This document shows, piece after piece, positions 9,014 to 18,670 of a stretch of DNA of 31,814 nucleotides. A model generated the notes under the pieces. It had not been told where the DNA came from. It made no database searches and saw nothing but the letters and a program-made list of their open reading frames with translations. A program made the position numbers and the translations under genes. This stretch comes from Pyrinomonadaceae bacterium. Its GTDB lineage: Bacteria; Acidobacteriota; Blastocatellia; Pyrinomonadales; Pyrinomonadaceae. Location of the stretch: positions 1 through 31,814 of the forward strand of contig JBDTMK010000001.1 in assembly GCA_039934315.1 (NCBI GenBank), written 5' to 3'. Position 1 is the first letter of the stretch. The number at the start of each line of letters is the position of its first letter.

Positions 9014-12000
9014 GTGAAAGTTGTAAGAATAGTTTTCTTTTTTTTCGCCATCGCTGTAATTGCAGCACCGGTATGGTGGTACATATCCGCAGACGTCAAC
9101 GAGAAGGAGTTCGATGATGACGAACCGGATCTGCCGACATCCGTAAAGATCACGGATAAAGAAGAATATTTCCGACTGCGCAATGAGCATCTGGATCTGC
9201 TCCGCGGTTATGACACGGCCGAACAGGATTCCCGCACCAACGCCGTGCGTAAAATGGAGCAGGCCGAACGCGAGCTCGCGGCGCAAAGAGCGATTGAAGG
9301 CGTGCCAACTCTTGTGCGCGCGTGGCGTCCGCTCGGCCCCGCGCCGATCCCGGTGCCACCCAGCGCGACAAACAGCGGACGCGTTTCAGCGATCGCCGTT
9401 CACCCGACCAATCCGAATATCGTTTATGTCGGCACGGCGCAGGGCGGACTTTACCGCACTTTGGATGGCGGGGCCACATGGACGCCGTTGATGGACAGCG
9501 CTTTGACGCTTGCGATCGGTGCAGTAGCGATAGCTCCGTCTGATCCCACGACGGTTTTTGTCGGCACGGGCGAGGCCGCTCTTTGCGGGAGCGGTTGCTT
9601 TATCGGGGTCGGGCTTTATCGGATCACGAATGCCGATACGGCACCGCTTCTATCGCAAGTCATAAACAAAGACGCAGGTGGGAACGACGTCTTTACCGGT
9701 CGGGCCGTCGGCGAGATCATTATCCACCCGACGGATCCGAATATTGTATTTGCCGGAACAACCACTGGTGTCGCGGGCCTCGGGCAGGGAACTACCGGAG
9801 CGACTCTTCCAAACGCGGGACTTTTCCGCACGACGAATGCAATGTCGGCGGACCCAAGGTTTGCAAAAATTGCGATCAGCGGAACTCTTGGCTTAAGCCG
9901 TTCGGTTGTCGATCTCGCGATCGAACCAGGCAATCCCAACCGGATGGTTGCCGCGGTCATCGGCAGCGGTAACGACGGCGGAGTTTATCTTTCGACCGAC
10001 GCCCTCGCGACCACGCCGACCTTTACACGCACCCTTGCTACCGGCGATGGTTCGACCCTTGGACGAACCGAGTTTGCGGTCAACAAAACCGGCGACGTCG
10101 TCACGATCTTTGCGGCGACCGGTACCTCCAACGGAACACTTTTCAAATCCGTTGATGCGGGCGCAACCTTCAATCCCGCCGGCGGCGGCACGGGTTTCTG
10201 CAGCTCTCAGTGTTTTTACGACATCGCCGTGGAAGTGGATCCGACAGACGTGAATCGTGTTTATCTCGGTGGTTCGCCAAGCCTCGTTTTTGGGCGTTCG
10301 ACTACGGGTGGGGCGGCCTTTACGAACAGCTCGAACGGGTTGCACGTCGACACACAAGCATTCGCTCTCGCACCTTCCAATCCGAGCATTATGTACTTTG
10401 GAAGCGACGGCGGGATCTGGAAAACGGGCGACGTTCGATCGGTGGGAGCCGTTACCTGGACAAGCCTCAACAACACGACCTTTAGTGCGACGCAGTTCAT
10501 GGGATTAGCTCTGCACCCGGTCGATCGCAACTATCTGCTCGGCGGCACGCAGGACAACGGTACCGAATTTCTCGCTCCCGACGGCTTCACCTGGGTCCGA
10601 TCGGACGGCGGCGACGGTGGCTTCGCGGCCATCGATCAGAACGCGACGACGCCGACAAACGTCGTGGCTTATCACACGTACTTCAGCCAGACCACGACGC
10701 AGGTTGGTTTCGAGCGCGCCTTAGCGACCGAACCGAGCGGCGATCCTTTCTGGTCTACTTTTCAGGGCTGCCGAAACGGAACATCGAACAACGGTATCCT
10801 ATGTGCCGACCCGGTCTTGTTCTACGCTCCGCTTGTCCGCGGACCGGGAACGCCGAATACGATTTACTACGGGACAAATCGCCTTTATCGTTCGATGAAC
10901 ATGGGAACAACGATGACGGACGTGAGCGGGACTTTGCCGGCGCGACTCGGCGCGATCGCGATCGCGCCCCAGGACGATAATGTGCGTCTTGTCGGCCTGA
11001 CGACCGGGGCCGTTTACCTTTCGATGACCGCCGGAGCTACGACGATGACAAACGTCACGGGACCGATCCCGGCACGTTACATCGGACGCATTGCGATCGA
11101 CCCGACAAATGCGAACGTGGCCTACGTCGCTCTTAACGGTTTCGGTTTGCCTGCCGGGCAGCACGTCTGGAAAACGACGAACCTTTTGACCGGGGCTCCG
11201 ACATGGGCTCCCGCCGGAGCGGGAATTCCCGACACTCCGGCAAATGCTTTTGCGATTGATCCTGCGAACACTCAGAACATTTTTGCCGGCACCGACATCG
11301 GTGTCTTTAGATCCGAGAACGGCGGCGCATCCTGGCAGCCTTTCAGTCCCGGGCTGCCGCGAGTAGCAATTTTTGGAATGGAGTTCCAGGCGATGCATCG
11401 AGTCCTGCGCATCGCCACGCACGGTCGGGGAATTTACGAATACCCGTTTGCGAACCAGCGTGCGCCGTTCGATTTTGATGGCGACAACAAGACGGACATC
11501 GGGATCTTCCGTCCCGCCGGTTCGGCTTCAGAATGGTGGATCAATCGAAGCGGCAATGGCCAGACGTTCGCACTTCAGTTCGGAGCGTCGACGGACAAGA
11601 TCGCCCCGGCCGATTACACCGGCGACGGGAAAACGGACATTGCTTTCTTCCGTCCTGCATCTGGCGAATGGTTCATTTTACGGAGCGAAGATTTCTCGTT
11701 CTTCGCACTTCCGTTTGGAACGAATGGCGATGTCCCCGTGCCCGCAGATTACGACGCGGACGGGAAGGCCGACTTCGCAGTGTTCCGGCCCTCGAACTCG
11801 AACTGGTTCATCTCGCAGTCCTCGGGAGCCCCAACCCGCATATTCCAATTCGGTATCACGGGTGATCAACCCGTCGTCGCGGACTACGACGGAGACGGGA
11901 AGGCGGATGTGGGAATCTTTCGTCAAGCCGCGGGCGGAGCGGAATGGTGGATCAGTCGAAGCACAGCCGGACCGCTCGCGATCCAGTTCGGTGCGAACAC

Positions 12001-12301
12001 AGACAAAGCGGTGCAAGGAGATTACACTGGTGACGGAAAATCCGATGTCGCAGTTTGGCGGCCGGCGAGCGGTGAGTGGTTTATTGTGCGGAGCGAGGAC
12101 TTCTCCTTCTACGGATTCCCGTTCGGAGCGAACGGGGACGTTCCGGCTTCGGGCGACTACGATGGAGACGGCAAGTTCGACCCGACCGTGTTTCGTCCCT
12201 CATCCGCGACATGGTTCATTGCGAGAACGACCGCAGGAACACAGATCGTGCAGTTCGGTGCAAACGGTGATAGGCCGATCCCGAACGCGTTCGTACCTTG
12301 A
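9014..12301 (+). CDS. Secreted BNR/Asp-box (Vps10/GH74-like) beta-propeller protein with C-terminal FG-GAP cassette
   Basis: N-terminal signal/TM segment, Asp-box-like repeats (YRTLDGGATW, FKSVDAGATF, FRSENGGASW), same FG-GAP tail as the upstream gene. Confidence 0.8.
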   Translation: MKVVRIVFFFFAIAVIAAPVWWYISADVNEKEFDDDEPDLPTSVKITDKEEYFRLRNEHLDLLRGYDTAEQDSRTNAVRKMEQAERELAAQRAIEGVPTLVRAWRPLGPAPIPVPPSATNSGRVSAIAVHPTNPNIVYVGTAQGGLYRTLDGGATWTPLMDSALTLAIGAVAIAPSDPTTVFVGTGEAALCGSGCFIGVGLYRITNADTAPLLSQVINKDAGGNDVFTGRAVGEIIIHPTDPNIVFAGTTTGVAGLGQGTTGATLPNAGLFRTTNAMSADPRFAKIAISGTLGLSRSVVDLAIEPGNPNRMVAAVIGSGNDGGVYLSTDALATTPTFTRTLATGDGSTLGRTEFAVNKTGDVVTIFAATGTSNGTLFKSVDAGATFNPAGGGTGFCSSQCFYDIAVEVDPTDVNRVYLGGSPSLVFGRSTTGGAAFTNSSNGLHVDTQAFALAPSNPSIMYFGSDGGIWKTGDVRSVGAVTWTSLNNTTFSATQFMGLALHPVDRNYLLGGTQDNGTEFLAPDGFTWVRSDGGDGGFAAIDQNATTPTNVVAYHTYFSQTTTQVGFERALATEPSGDPFWSTFQGCRNGTSNNGILCADPVLFYAPLVRGPGTPNTIYYGTNRLYRSMNMGTTMTDVSGTLPARLGAIAIAPQDDNVRLVGLTTGAVYLSMTAGATTMTNVTGPIPARYIGRIAIDPTNANVAYVALNGFGLPAGQHVWKTTNLLTGAPTWAPAGAGIPDTPANAFAIDPANTQNIFAGTDIGVFRSENGGASWQPFSPGLPRVAIFGMEFQAMHRVLRIATHGRGIYEYPFANQRAPFDFDGDNKTDIGIFRPAGSASEWWINRSGNGQTFALQFGASTDKIAPADYTGDGKTDIAFFRPASGEWFILRSEDFSFFALPFGTNGDVPVPADYDADGKADFAVFRPSNSNWFISQSSGAPTRIFQFGITGDQPVVADYDGDGKADVGIFRQAAGGAEWWISRSTAGPLAIQFGANTDKAVQGDYTGDGKSDVAVWRPASGEWFIVRSEDFSFYGFPFGANGDVPASGDYDGDGKFDPTVFRPSSATWFIARTTAGTQIVQFGANGDRPIPNAFVP
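11462..12301 (+). repeat. FG-GAP-like C-terminal cassette, copy 2
   Basis: Same length and terminal motif (GDRPIPNAFVP-stop) as 7951-8790. Confidence 0.9.
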
Positions 12302-12325
12302 CCAAATACTATGCAACGCAAGACG

Positions 12326-12365
12326 AAGAGAAGGCGGCGTTCTATTGACGCCGCCTTCTCTTTTG
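12326..12365. terminator. Intrinsic terminator between convergent genes, probably bidirectional
   Basis: Perfect 15-bp stem aagagaaggcggcgt / acgccgccttctctt, followed by a T run. Confidence 0.85.
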
Positions 12366-12380
12366 CAACAGCTAAATGAT

Positions 12381-14111
12381 CTACCAGCGAACCGGCCGAA
12401 GATCCGGGCCGATGACGTGCTCGCCGGAAAGGATTTCCGGCGAACGGTTGGGATCCAACAGATTCGCACCGTCGCTATGAATGAAGTGGCCGCCGTACCA
12501 GACAACGACGTCCTGACCCACGATCGACTCGCCGTTTATGAACGGATTGATCTGAATGAACGCGTTCGCACTGGTTGTCTGATTGAATCCATCGTCAATT
12601 TCGTTTTGAAGCGCTGTGCCGCCGATAACTTCCTTGTAACGAAGGACCCAGAAATCACTGACGGCAAAAGCGTCGGCGGGTCCATCGAGCCTACCCGGTA
12701 CCAGCTCATATGCCTCGTTGCCAGACGAATTTTGAATAAGCAAACTTCGGTTTGTCCCAATATTCCGCTGTCGCGTCAGCTCGGTCGTTAACGGCTGTAG
12801 AAACTTCCGCCCACGTTCAACCTGAAAGACTTTATTGTTCGGCTGCACGACGTCGAAATCGAACCGCCAGTAAGCGTGGTGATTGTGAACATCGCACACG
12901 CAAGAATTATTAGTCGTACCGAATGCGTAGCGTGGCCTGATTGTCCCGTCCGCCGCGAATCGCCACTCCATTAGATAACGGTACCAGCCCGCCTGCATTT
13001 CCGAGACTAAGACTGCTTCGGGTCCATACTGGGTATTTTGGACATAAATTGCTACACCACGGAAATTGCCTGTGTCGCTTCCGGTTTCGAGAACAGTTGT
13101 GGCAACCTGTCCGGCGGCGAGCAGTCGAATCCCGGGTGCTAGATCCGTCGCTCCCGCATCCGGCGCGTTAAACATGTCCTCCTGCCACTGCCAGTCACGA
13201 TAAGGGCCGCAGGTCGACGGATTGTACTGGACGTTCAGGACCGGAACATGGCCTCGCTTCAAGACACTCTTGCCTTTGTATTTCACATCGCGGATCTCAA
13301 TGCCTGATTTGCGGGTTCCCGACGAAGCGGATGGCCTAATGACAAGCATCTCCCAAAGGGTCGTCATGCTCGTCTGGTCGATAACCGTCAGGGTCGCCTG
13401 TCCGGCAGTGCCGTTCGACGTAGTAGTTTGACCTGCGGAACTTGGGCCGCACGAGCCCTCAACCGATCTGGACTGCGGCGGGGCGTTCCCCTCGTAACGA
13501 ACAGCTTCGCCACGTTTTATACTGACGCCGACAATTTCGTTCTGCGTTCCGGCACCTCGGAGGCCGACATTTAGAAGGCGTTCTACCGTGCCGTCCAGGA
13601 TGGTCGTCGGCGGCATCGGCTGGTATGCCTTCATCGCACCGCTCGCGAGATCGTTTGAATACCTCGAGTCCCCGCGAAGTATCGCGAGAGCTTCATTGAA
13701 CTCCTCGTCGTTCGGCAGCGGATCGCTATATTCTTCGCGCACGGTAATGGACTCGCGGCCCGCGAAATCCGCTTCGGCGACGATCGCGCGGTCGTTTGTA
13801 TAATCGTAAAACACCAGGCGAAAGCGCGTCGGGGGCCGTTCCGATTTCGACTTCGATTCGGCGAGATAGTCGAGACTCAGCAGGCGATACCTAACGCCAT
13901 TGAGAAAAGACTGAACGGCGGGACTGTTTTCGACGCGCCTTGCAGCGGCATTCGCCTCCTCTTGCGAAGGACCCCATATGGCGGCTTTGATTATCAAACC
14001 GCCTTTTTTCTTCGAGCCGCGTGGCCCCGAGTACTTCGCCATTGCACACGAAACGAGAACAAAAATCAGCATTACGGAAGCGGCAGCAAGGTAACGTGGT
14101 TGGACAGACAT
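12381..14111 (-). CDS. Secreted copper amine oxidase-like protein with a non-canonical cofactor motif
   Basis: Start MSVQPRY at 14111 with an AAGGAG SD and a signal peptide. QAGWYRYLMEWRFAADGTI aligns to the CAO TxxNYDY..W....DGTI motif, HNHHAYWRFDFDV to HQH...RLDxD, and DVVVWYGGHFIH to the third Cu-His motif. Confidence 0.7.
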   Translation of the reverse strand: MSVQPRYLAAASVMLIFVLVSCAMAKYSGPRGSKKKGGLIIKAAIWGPSQEEANAAARRVENSPAVQSFLNGVRYRLLSLDYLAESKSKSERPPTRFRLVFYDYTNDRAIVAEADFAGRESITVREEYSDPLPNDEEFNEALAILRGDSRYSNDLASGAMKAYQPMPPTTILDGTVERLLNVGLRGAGTQNEIVGVSIKRGEAVRYEGNAPPQSRSVEGSCGPSSAGQTTTSNGTAGQATLTVIDQTSMTTLWEMLVIRPSASSGTRKSGIEIRDVKYKGKSVLKRGHVPVLNVQYNPSTCGPYRDWQWQEDMFNAPDAGATDLAPGIRLLAAGQVATTVLETGSDTGNFRGVAIYVQNTQYGPEAVLVSEMQAGWYRYLMEWRFAADGTIRPRYAFGTTNNSCVCDVHNHHAYWRFDFDVVQPNNKVFQVERGRKFLQPLTTELTRQRNIGTNRSLLIQNSSGNEAYELVPGRLDGPADAFAVSDFWVLRYKEVIGGTALQNEIDDGFNQTTSANAFIQINPFINGESIVGQDVVVWYGGHFIHSDGANLLDPNRSPEILSGEHVIGPDLRPVRW

Positions 14112-14263
14112 TTCGACTCCTTCTTGTGAAAAAATAACGAGATCGGTCAGCAGAAGTATCACCGAGAGGGGCCCGTTTCGCAAGCTTTGTGAGGGCGCTA
14201 GAAAAATACGCCCGCGAGTCTGATAAACATCGCGGGCGGATAAAGAGATTGGAAACATTCGAT

Positions 14264-16798
14264 CTACTTACACTTCGAGTAACCGCAGTCGCGGCAGAAG
14301 TCGCAACCGGAAGCATGTTCGAGTTGACCGCGGCATTCCGGACACTCGCCGATGAGATTCGACATCAAGGTAGAATTTGTAACCTCGGCTGCTGAGCCTT
14401 TCGCGATCTGCCGTTCACTTGCCGGCAGGTTTTTCAACCTTCGATCGATCAGCAACAGACATTCTGCGACGGCCTGCTCGGGTGAGGTCAGCAGTCGTTC
14501 GTTGAACCAGACCGCGTGCGTCGCCGTGACTTTGTTAAGACTGCGAGCGACGTCAGAAACCGTGAATCCTCCGCGAAGCATTTTTGAAGCGAGAAGGCCC
14601 ACGCCTGCGCTGATAGGCCCGGTCGCGAACACTTCAAGAATGCGATGCCCGTCGTGGTTTACCGTAACGTAAAGATTCTGGTTCTCGAACGGGATCCGCC
14701 AGGTCGAGCCCTGAAGTTCGCGTGGACGCTGGACTCGAGGCGAATCAACTTCTTGGGAGGCGTCGAGTGAGTGACGCGGGGACGCGGCGGTCTCCGCATC
14801 TCCGTGTCCGGCTGTCTCCGCCTCGCTTGAAGATTTCATCGTAGAGAGAACCTGCCCTTCACGGCTTCCATCGCGGTAATAGCTGACGGCCTTGCAGCCG
14901 AGCTTTCGTGCGAGATGATAAAGTTCGTCTACAGACTCGACCGTGTCGTCGCGTGCTCCGTTGCAGGTTTTCGAGATGGAATTGTCCGTATGCTTCTGCG
15001 CCGCGGCGAGTACGTGAACGTGTTGGATCGATTTGATATTCATTGCCGAGATGAAATGTTCCGGCAATTCGTTTTCGTGATCGACGACGTGCTCGGCAGC
15101 GGACTTGATCGACTCTATGTCGGTCTGGTCGACATCGATCCCAAGTGCTTCCGCCGCGACCGAATGAACATAAGTGCGCGTGCCGAGCGTATCCTGCCTA
15201 ACATATGCCCACGAAAAATTCGGCTCGATACCGGATGAAGTTTCGGCGACGAGCGAGATCGTGCCCGTCGGGGCGATCGTCGTCACCTCATAGTTGCGCG
15301 GGGTTAACGGAACGTCTCGGGAAATTCCGACCTCGTCATAAAGAAACGTTGCGTAAGAATCGCGGTTCTTCTCGAGCTCCGGAAAAACTCCTTTCTCTGC
15401 GCCCAATCGCAGCGAAGCTATCCACGCTTCACGGCGAACAAACCCCATCACTTGTTCCATCAGCTCTAGCGACTCGTTTTCTCCGTATGTGATCCCGAGA
15501 TTCAAACACAAATCGGCGAAGCCCATGATCCCGAGGCCGACCGGGCGTGTCCGTTTGACGACGTCATCGATCTCGGCAAGCGGGAAGTGACCCGCGTCGA
15601 TCACGTTATCGAGAAACCTGGTGCACGCGTGCGTGACAGCAGCCAGCCGCTCCCACTCAACGCAGGCGTCCGGATCGCTTCCATCACCGACGTGTTTGTA
15701 AAATTTCGCAACGTCGATCGAACCAAGATTGCACGAGTTGTTGAAGTGGAGCTGCTGCTCGCCGCATGGGTTGCATGCGTAGATCGGGCCCATCGACGCC
15801 ATCATGTGGTTATGCCGATTCACTTCGTCGATGAAGATTATTCCAGGCTCGGCATATTTGTGTGCCGACGCGATGATGCGATTCCAGATGTCGGGTGCAT
15901 AGACCATCCCGGCCATCGGCGGCTGCTCGATCGTGCAATCGGAAAGGTCAGCGGTTTCGAATGCTAATTTGTCCGCGAACGTCGCCGTAGATCCGTCGGG
16001 CCGGCGGTAGACTACATAATCGGTCCCGGTTACTGCATCGAAAACCGGCTGCGTCCACGGCTCGTCGCTAAACTCAGTCTGAAACCAGGTGCCGCTGTCG
16101 ACGGCGTCCATGAACATGTCGGTAACGGTGACGGAAATGTTGAAATTTGTAAGGCTGGTCTGGTCATTCTTGGCGTGAACGAAGCGCAAAATATCCGGAT
16201 GGGTCACGGCGAGAATTCCCATGTTCGCTCCGCGCCGCACGCCGCCTTGCTTCACGACTTCCGTCGTCTGGTTGACGATATTCATAAAGCTCACAGGCCC
16301 TGACGCGACGCCGCGGGTCGAATTCACCATTGATCCGGCCGGACGCAAAAATTCATACGTCATCCCTGTTCCGCCTCCAGTTTGGTGAATGATCGCCACG
16401 TTCTGCGCGTGCTCCATGATCCCTTCGATCGAATCAGGAACGCTCAATACGAAACACGCCGCAAGTTGACCCTTGGGCTTGCCGGCGTTGACAAGGCACG
16501 GAGTATTCGGGATAAATTCACGCGCCTGCATGACAGCGGTCATGTCGTTGTAAAATGCGGCTTGTTTTTGCGGATCGCTTTCGGCGGTGGCGACATGCCC
16601 GACGACCCGTCGAACGATGTCAGCCCAGGTTTCGAGCGCTTCCCCGTTCTCATCTTTGAGCGCATAACGTTTCGCGATGACTTTCTCGGCGTTGATCCCT
16701 AGCGGTCTGATATCCCGGCCGACCGCGGTCCCGGCGCCGTTTCCGCCGCTTTTCGCAACAAATCCCCCCGCTTTTGAAGGTTCGAAAACTGTGCTCAT
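14264..16798 (-). CDS. nrdJ: Adenosylcobalamin-dependent (class II) ribonucleotide reductase with a C-terminal TSCPD-like domain and Zn ribbon
   Basis: [36 protein letters not shown]; C-terminal CPEC...[15 protein letters not shown] 16798 with an AAGGAG SD; no ATP cone apparent. Confidence 0.92.
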   Translation of the reverse strand: MSTVFEPSKAGGFVAKSGGNGAGTAVGRDIRPLGINAEKVIAKRYALKDENGEALETWADIVRRVVGHVATAESDPQKQAAFYNDMTAVMQAREFIPNTPCLVNAGKPKGQLAACFVLSVPDSIEGIMEHAQNVAIIHQTGGGTGMTYEFLRPAGSMVNSTRGVASGPVSFMNIVNQTTEVVKQGGVRRGANMGILAVTHPDILRFVHAKNDQTSLTNFNISVTVTDMFMDAVDSGTWFQTEFSDEPWTQPVFDAVTGTDYVVYRRPDGSTATFADKLAFETADLSDCTIEQPPMAGMVYAPDIWNRIIASAHKYAEPGIIFIDEVNRHNHMMASMGPIYACNPCGEQQLHFNNSCNLGSIDVAKFYKHVGDGSDPDACVEWERLAAVTHACTRFLDNVIDAGHFPLAEIDDVVKRTRPVGLGIMGFADLCLNLGITYGENESLELMEQVMGFVRREAWIASLRLGAEKGVFPELEKNRDSYATFLYDEVGISRDVPLTPRNYEVTTIAPTGTISLVAETSSGIEPNFSWAYVRQDTLGTRTYVHSVAAEALGIDVDQTDIESIKSAAEHVVDHENELPEHFISAMNIKSIQHVHVLAAAQKHTDNSISKTCNGARDDTVESVDELYHLARKLGCKAVSYYRDGSREGQVLSTMKSSSEAETAGHGDAETAASPRHSLDASQEVDSPRVQRPRELQGSTWRIPFENQNLYVTVNHDGHRILEVFATGPISAGVGLLASKMLRGGFTVSDVARSLNKVTATHAVWFNERLLTSPEQAVAECLLLIDRRLKNLPASERQIAKGSAAEVTNSTLMSNLIGECPECRGQLEHASGCDFCRDCGYSKCK
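14773..14808. repeat. GACGCGGA-family palindromic repeat inside the nrdJ coding sequence
   Basis: gacgcggggacgcgg (14773-14787) pairs with ccgcatctccgtgtc (14794-14808), 14/15 including G-U. Same unit as 4144-4221. Confidence 0.7.
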
Positions 16799-16941
16799 TC
16801 GCCTCTCCTTTGTGCCGTACGACACCAATATTTACGTGATGCTATTTTAACATCTCGGCTGTGTATCCAGAAGTTTTTCGAAGTCCGATTTGGATTGATT
16901 TAGGGTTTCAGAAATGCTGAGAAATCTATCTTCAAGCGAGC

Positions 16942-16999
16942 CCATAGTAAATGGTGGCGGAGGCTTCTGTCAACAAAAACTTTCCACAGCATATTGTGG
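16942..16999. promoter_or_regulatory. Tandem NrdR boxes
   Basis: CCACAGCATATTGTGG (16984-16999) and CCATAGTAAATGGTGG (16942-16957) match the palindromic NrdR consensus. They start 42 bp apart and flank or overlap the nrdJ promoter. Confidence 0.8.
16944..16973 (-). promoter_or_regulatory. sigma70-type promoter for nrdJ
   Basis: Minus strand TTGACA (16973-16968), 18-nt spacer, TACTAT (16949-16944). Confidence 0.75.
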
Positions 17000-17214
17000 C
17001 GGAAAGCGTTGCACCGTCTACATAGGACGGGCGTTGAAATCTGGCGGCGGGCGGTACCGAGTGGTTTAGAACCTACCGCTCGGGTGTTCGTGCGGCCCTT
17101 CCCACTGACTCGCATTACCACCGAATGTTCGGGAGTAAAAGAACCTAAACGAAAGGCAAACCGGCCAGATATGGATTTGACTTTATCTGATGCGGTTTTC
17201 GAAACTGTTTTTGC

Positions 17215-18108
17215 ATGGACAAGCTAATACACGGGACAGCCGCCGAAGGAACCATCCGTATCCTATCGGCCATCACAACGGACATTGTTTCCGAGGCGGT
17301 AAGGCGACATCAGACCTCTCCGACGGCATCGGCGGCTCTCGGCCGCGTCATGACGGGAACGCTCTTGATGGCGGCGACACTCAAAGATTTTGATCGACTG
17401 TCTACGAGAATAGAATGCAGCGGTCCGATCGGCGGCATCATTGCTGAAGCGACCAGAGACGGATCGGTGCGGGGCTACGTGAAGAATCCCGACGCCGAAT
17501 TGCCTCCACGAGACGATGGAAAGTTCGATGTCGCCGGCATCGTCGGCGAAGGAATGTTTTACGTGATCCGCGAGTCCGGTTTCGACATCGGCCTTCATCA
17601 TGATCCATACGTAGGCTCGGTCCCGATCGTATCGGGCGAGGTCGCTGAGGACTTCGCGTACTACTTGGCGAAGTCGGAACAAATTCCATCGGCGGTGATG
17701 CTGGGCGTGCTGCTTCAGAATGCTGAACCTTACGTGAGATCCGCGGGCGGTGTTTTTGTCCAGATGATGCCCGGCGCTAACGAACACTTGATCACTATGA
17801 TCGAAGATTCGATCGCGCATGCTCCTCATCTAACGACGGTCATCGATGAAAACGCGACGCCGGAGGATCTTGCACGGCTGGCATTGGGTGAAATCGATTT
17901 CGAGATCCTCGAGGAAAAAGAGGTTGCGTTTCGATGCAACTGTTCGATCGAGCGAGCTCGTAGTTTGATCTCAGCGCTTGGAAAAACAGAGGTTGAATCG
18001 ATGCTTGCCGACGACAAGGGAGCCGTGATGTCATGCGGTTTCTGCAGCGAAGTTTATCAACTCGACGAGGGCGATCTGGAAGATATGCTCCGGACGGACT
18101 TTGCCTAA
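17215..18108 (+). CDS. hslO: Hsp33 redox-regulated chaperone
   Basis: HQTSPTASAALGR, GSVRGYV, SEQIPSA, and C-terminal CxC (CNC) plus CxxC (CGFC) zinc motifs. Confidence 0.95.
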   Translation: MDKLIHGTAAEGTIRILSAITTDIVSEAVRRHQTSPTASAALGRVMTGTLLMAATLKDFDRLSTRIECSGPIGGIIAEATRDGSVRGYVKNPDAELPPRDDGKFDVAGIVGEGMFYVIRESGFDIGLHHDPYVGSVPIVSGEVAEDFAYYLAKSEQIPSAVMLGVLLQNAEPYVRSAGGVFVQMMPGANEHLITMIEDSIAHAPHLTTVIDENATPEDLARLALGEIDFEILEEKEVAFRCNCSIERARSLISALGKTEVESMLADDKGAVMSCGFCSEVYQLDEGDLEDMLRTDFA

Positions 18109-18584
18109 GCGTCAAGCAGGTCACGGTAATTTCCGTGGAAATAAACCAGCGGATCACCGTCTTTGATCGAAACGTTTTCTACTTCACCAACAAAGACCAT
18201 ATGATCGCCGCCGTCAAAAGCATTTGCGAGTCGGCACTCGAGCGTGACCAAAGCCGCAGCCAATACCGGCACCTCCCCGATGCCGGCTGTATACTTCACA
18301 CCTTCGAACTTATCCGGTACTGGGAGCGAGAAACGCTCTGACAGCTCATCCTGGCCGGCGGCCAAAATGTTCACGACGAAATAGCCTGTCGCTTGTATCG
18401 CGTGATAACTCCCCGTTGTTTTTTCGATGCACGCAAGAACGAGAGGCGGATTTAGTGACACCGAGCAAAAAGCAGATACGGTGATCCCGTGGAGGTCGCC
18501 GTCCGCTGCACGCGATGTGACGACGGTAATACCGCTGGGAAACCTCGATAATGCAGCTCGGAAATCGTCCAGTGTGACGGGCAT
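18105..18584 (-). CDS. Flavin reductase family protein
   Basis: FRAALSRFPSGITVVT, SFCS-like SAFCSVSLNPPL, GGDH motifs. Confidence 0.9.
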   Translation of the reverse strand: MPVTLDDFRAALSRFPSGITVVTSRAADGDLHGITVSAFCSVSLNPPLVLACIEKTTGSYHAIQATGYFVVNILAAGQDELSERFSLPVPDKFEGVKYTAGIGEVPVLAAALVTLECRLANAFDGGDHMVFVGEVENVSIKDGDPLVYFHGNYRDLLDA

Positions 18585-18591
18585 ATATTTA

Positions 18592-18670
18592 TGAAGGATA
18601 AAGGATGAAGGATAAAGTGGGAAACCTGTGACCCTTACTTTATGCCATCGCCTTTATCCTTTATCCTTCA
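18592..18670. repeat. Heptamer-unit (GGATAAA/GGATGAA) palindromic repeat
   Basis: 18592-18611 matches the reverse complement of 18651-18670 at 19/20 positions, with an inner ataaagt/actttat pair. Confidence 0.85.

Noticed and set aside
15890-16099. Long (~70 aa) segment in NrdJ between MDAV and IWNRI considered as an intein or homing insertion
   Set aside because: No N-terminal Cys/Ser splice context, no His-Asn end and no endonuclease motif. This loop is variable in class II RNRs.
16822-16838. Possible third NrdR box near the nrdJ start
   Set aside because: CAC-N10-GTG spacing does not fit the CAC-N8-GTG core.
17085-17110. CAGTGGGAAG on the minus strand suggesting a cobalamin riboswitch for nrdJ
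   Set aside because: The B12-box and other conserved elements were not found, and the site lies upstream of the identified nrdJ promoter.
17140-17175. GGCAAAC motif suggesting a c-di-GMP-I riboswitch
   Set aside because: The downstream GACGCAAA / P2 elements are absent.
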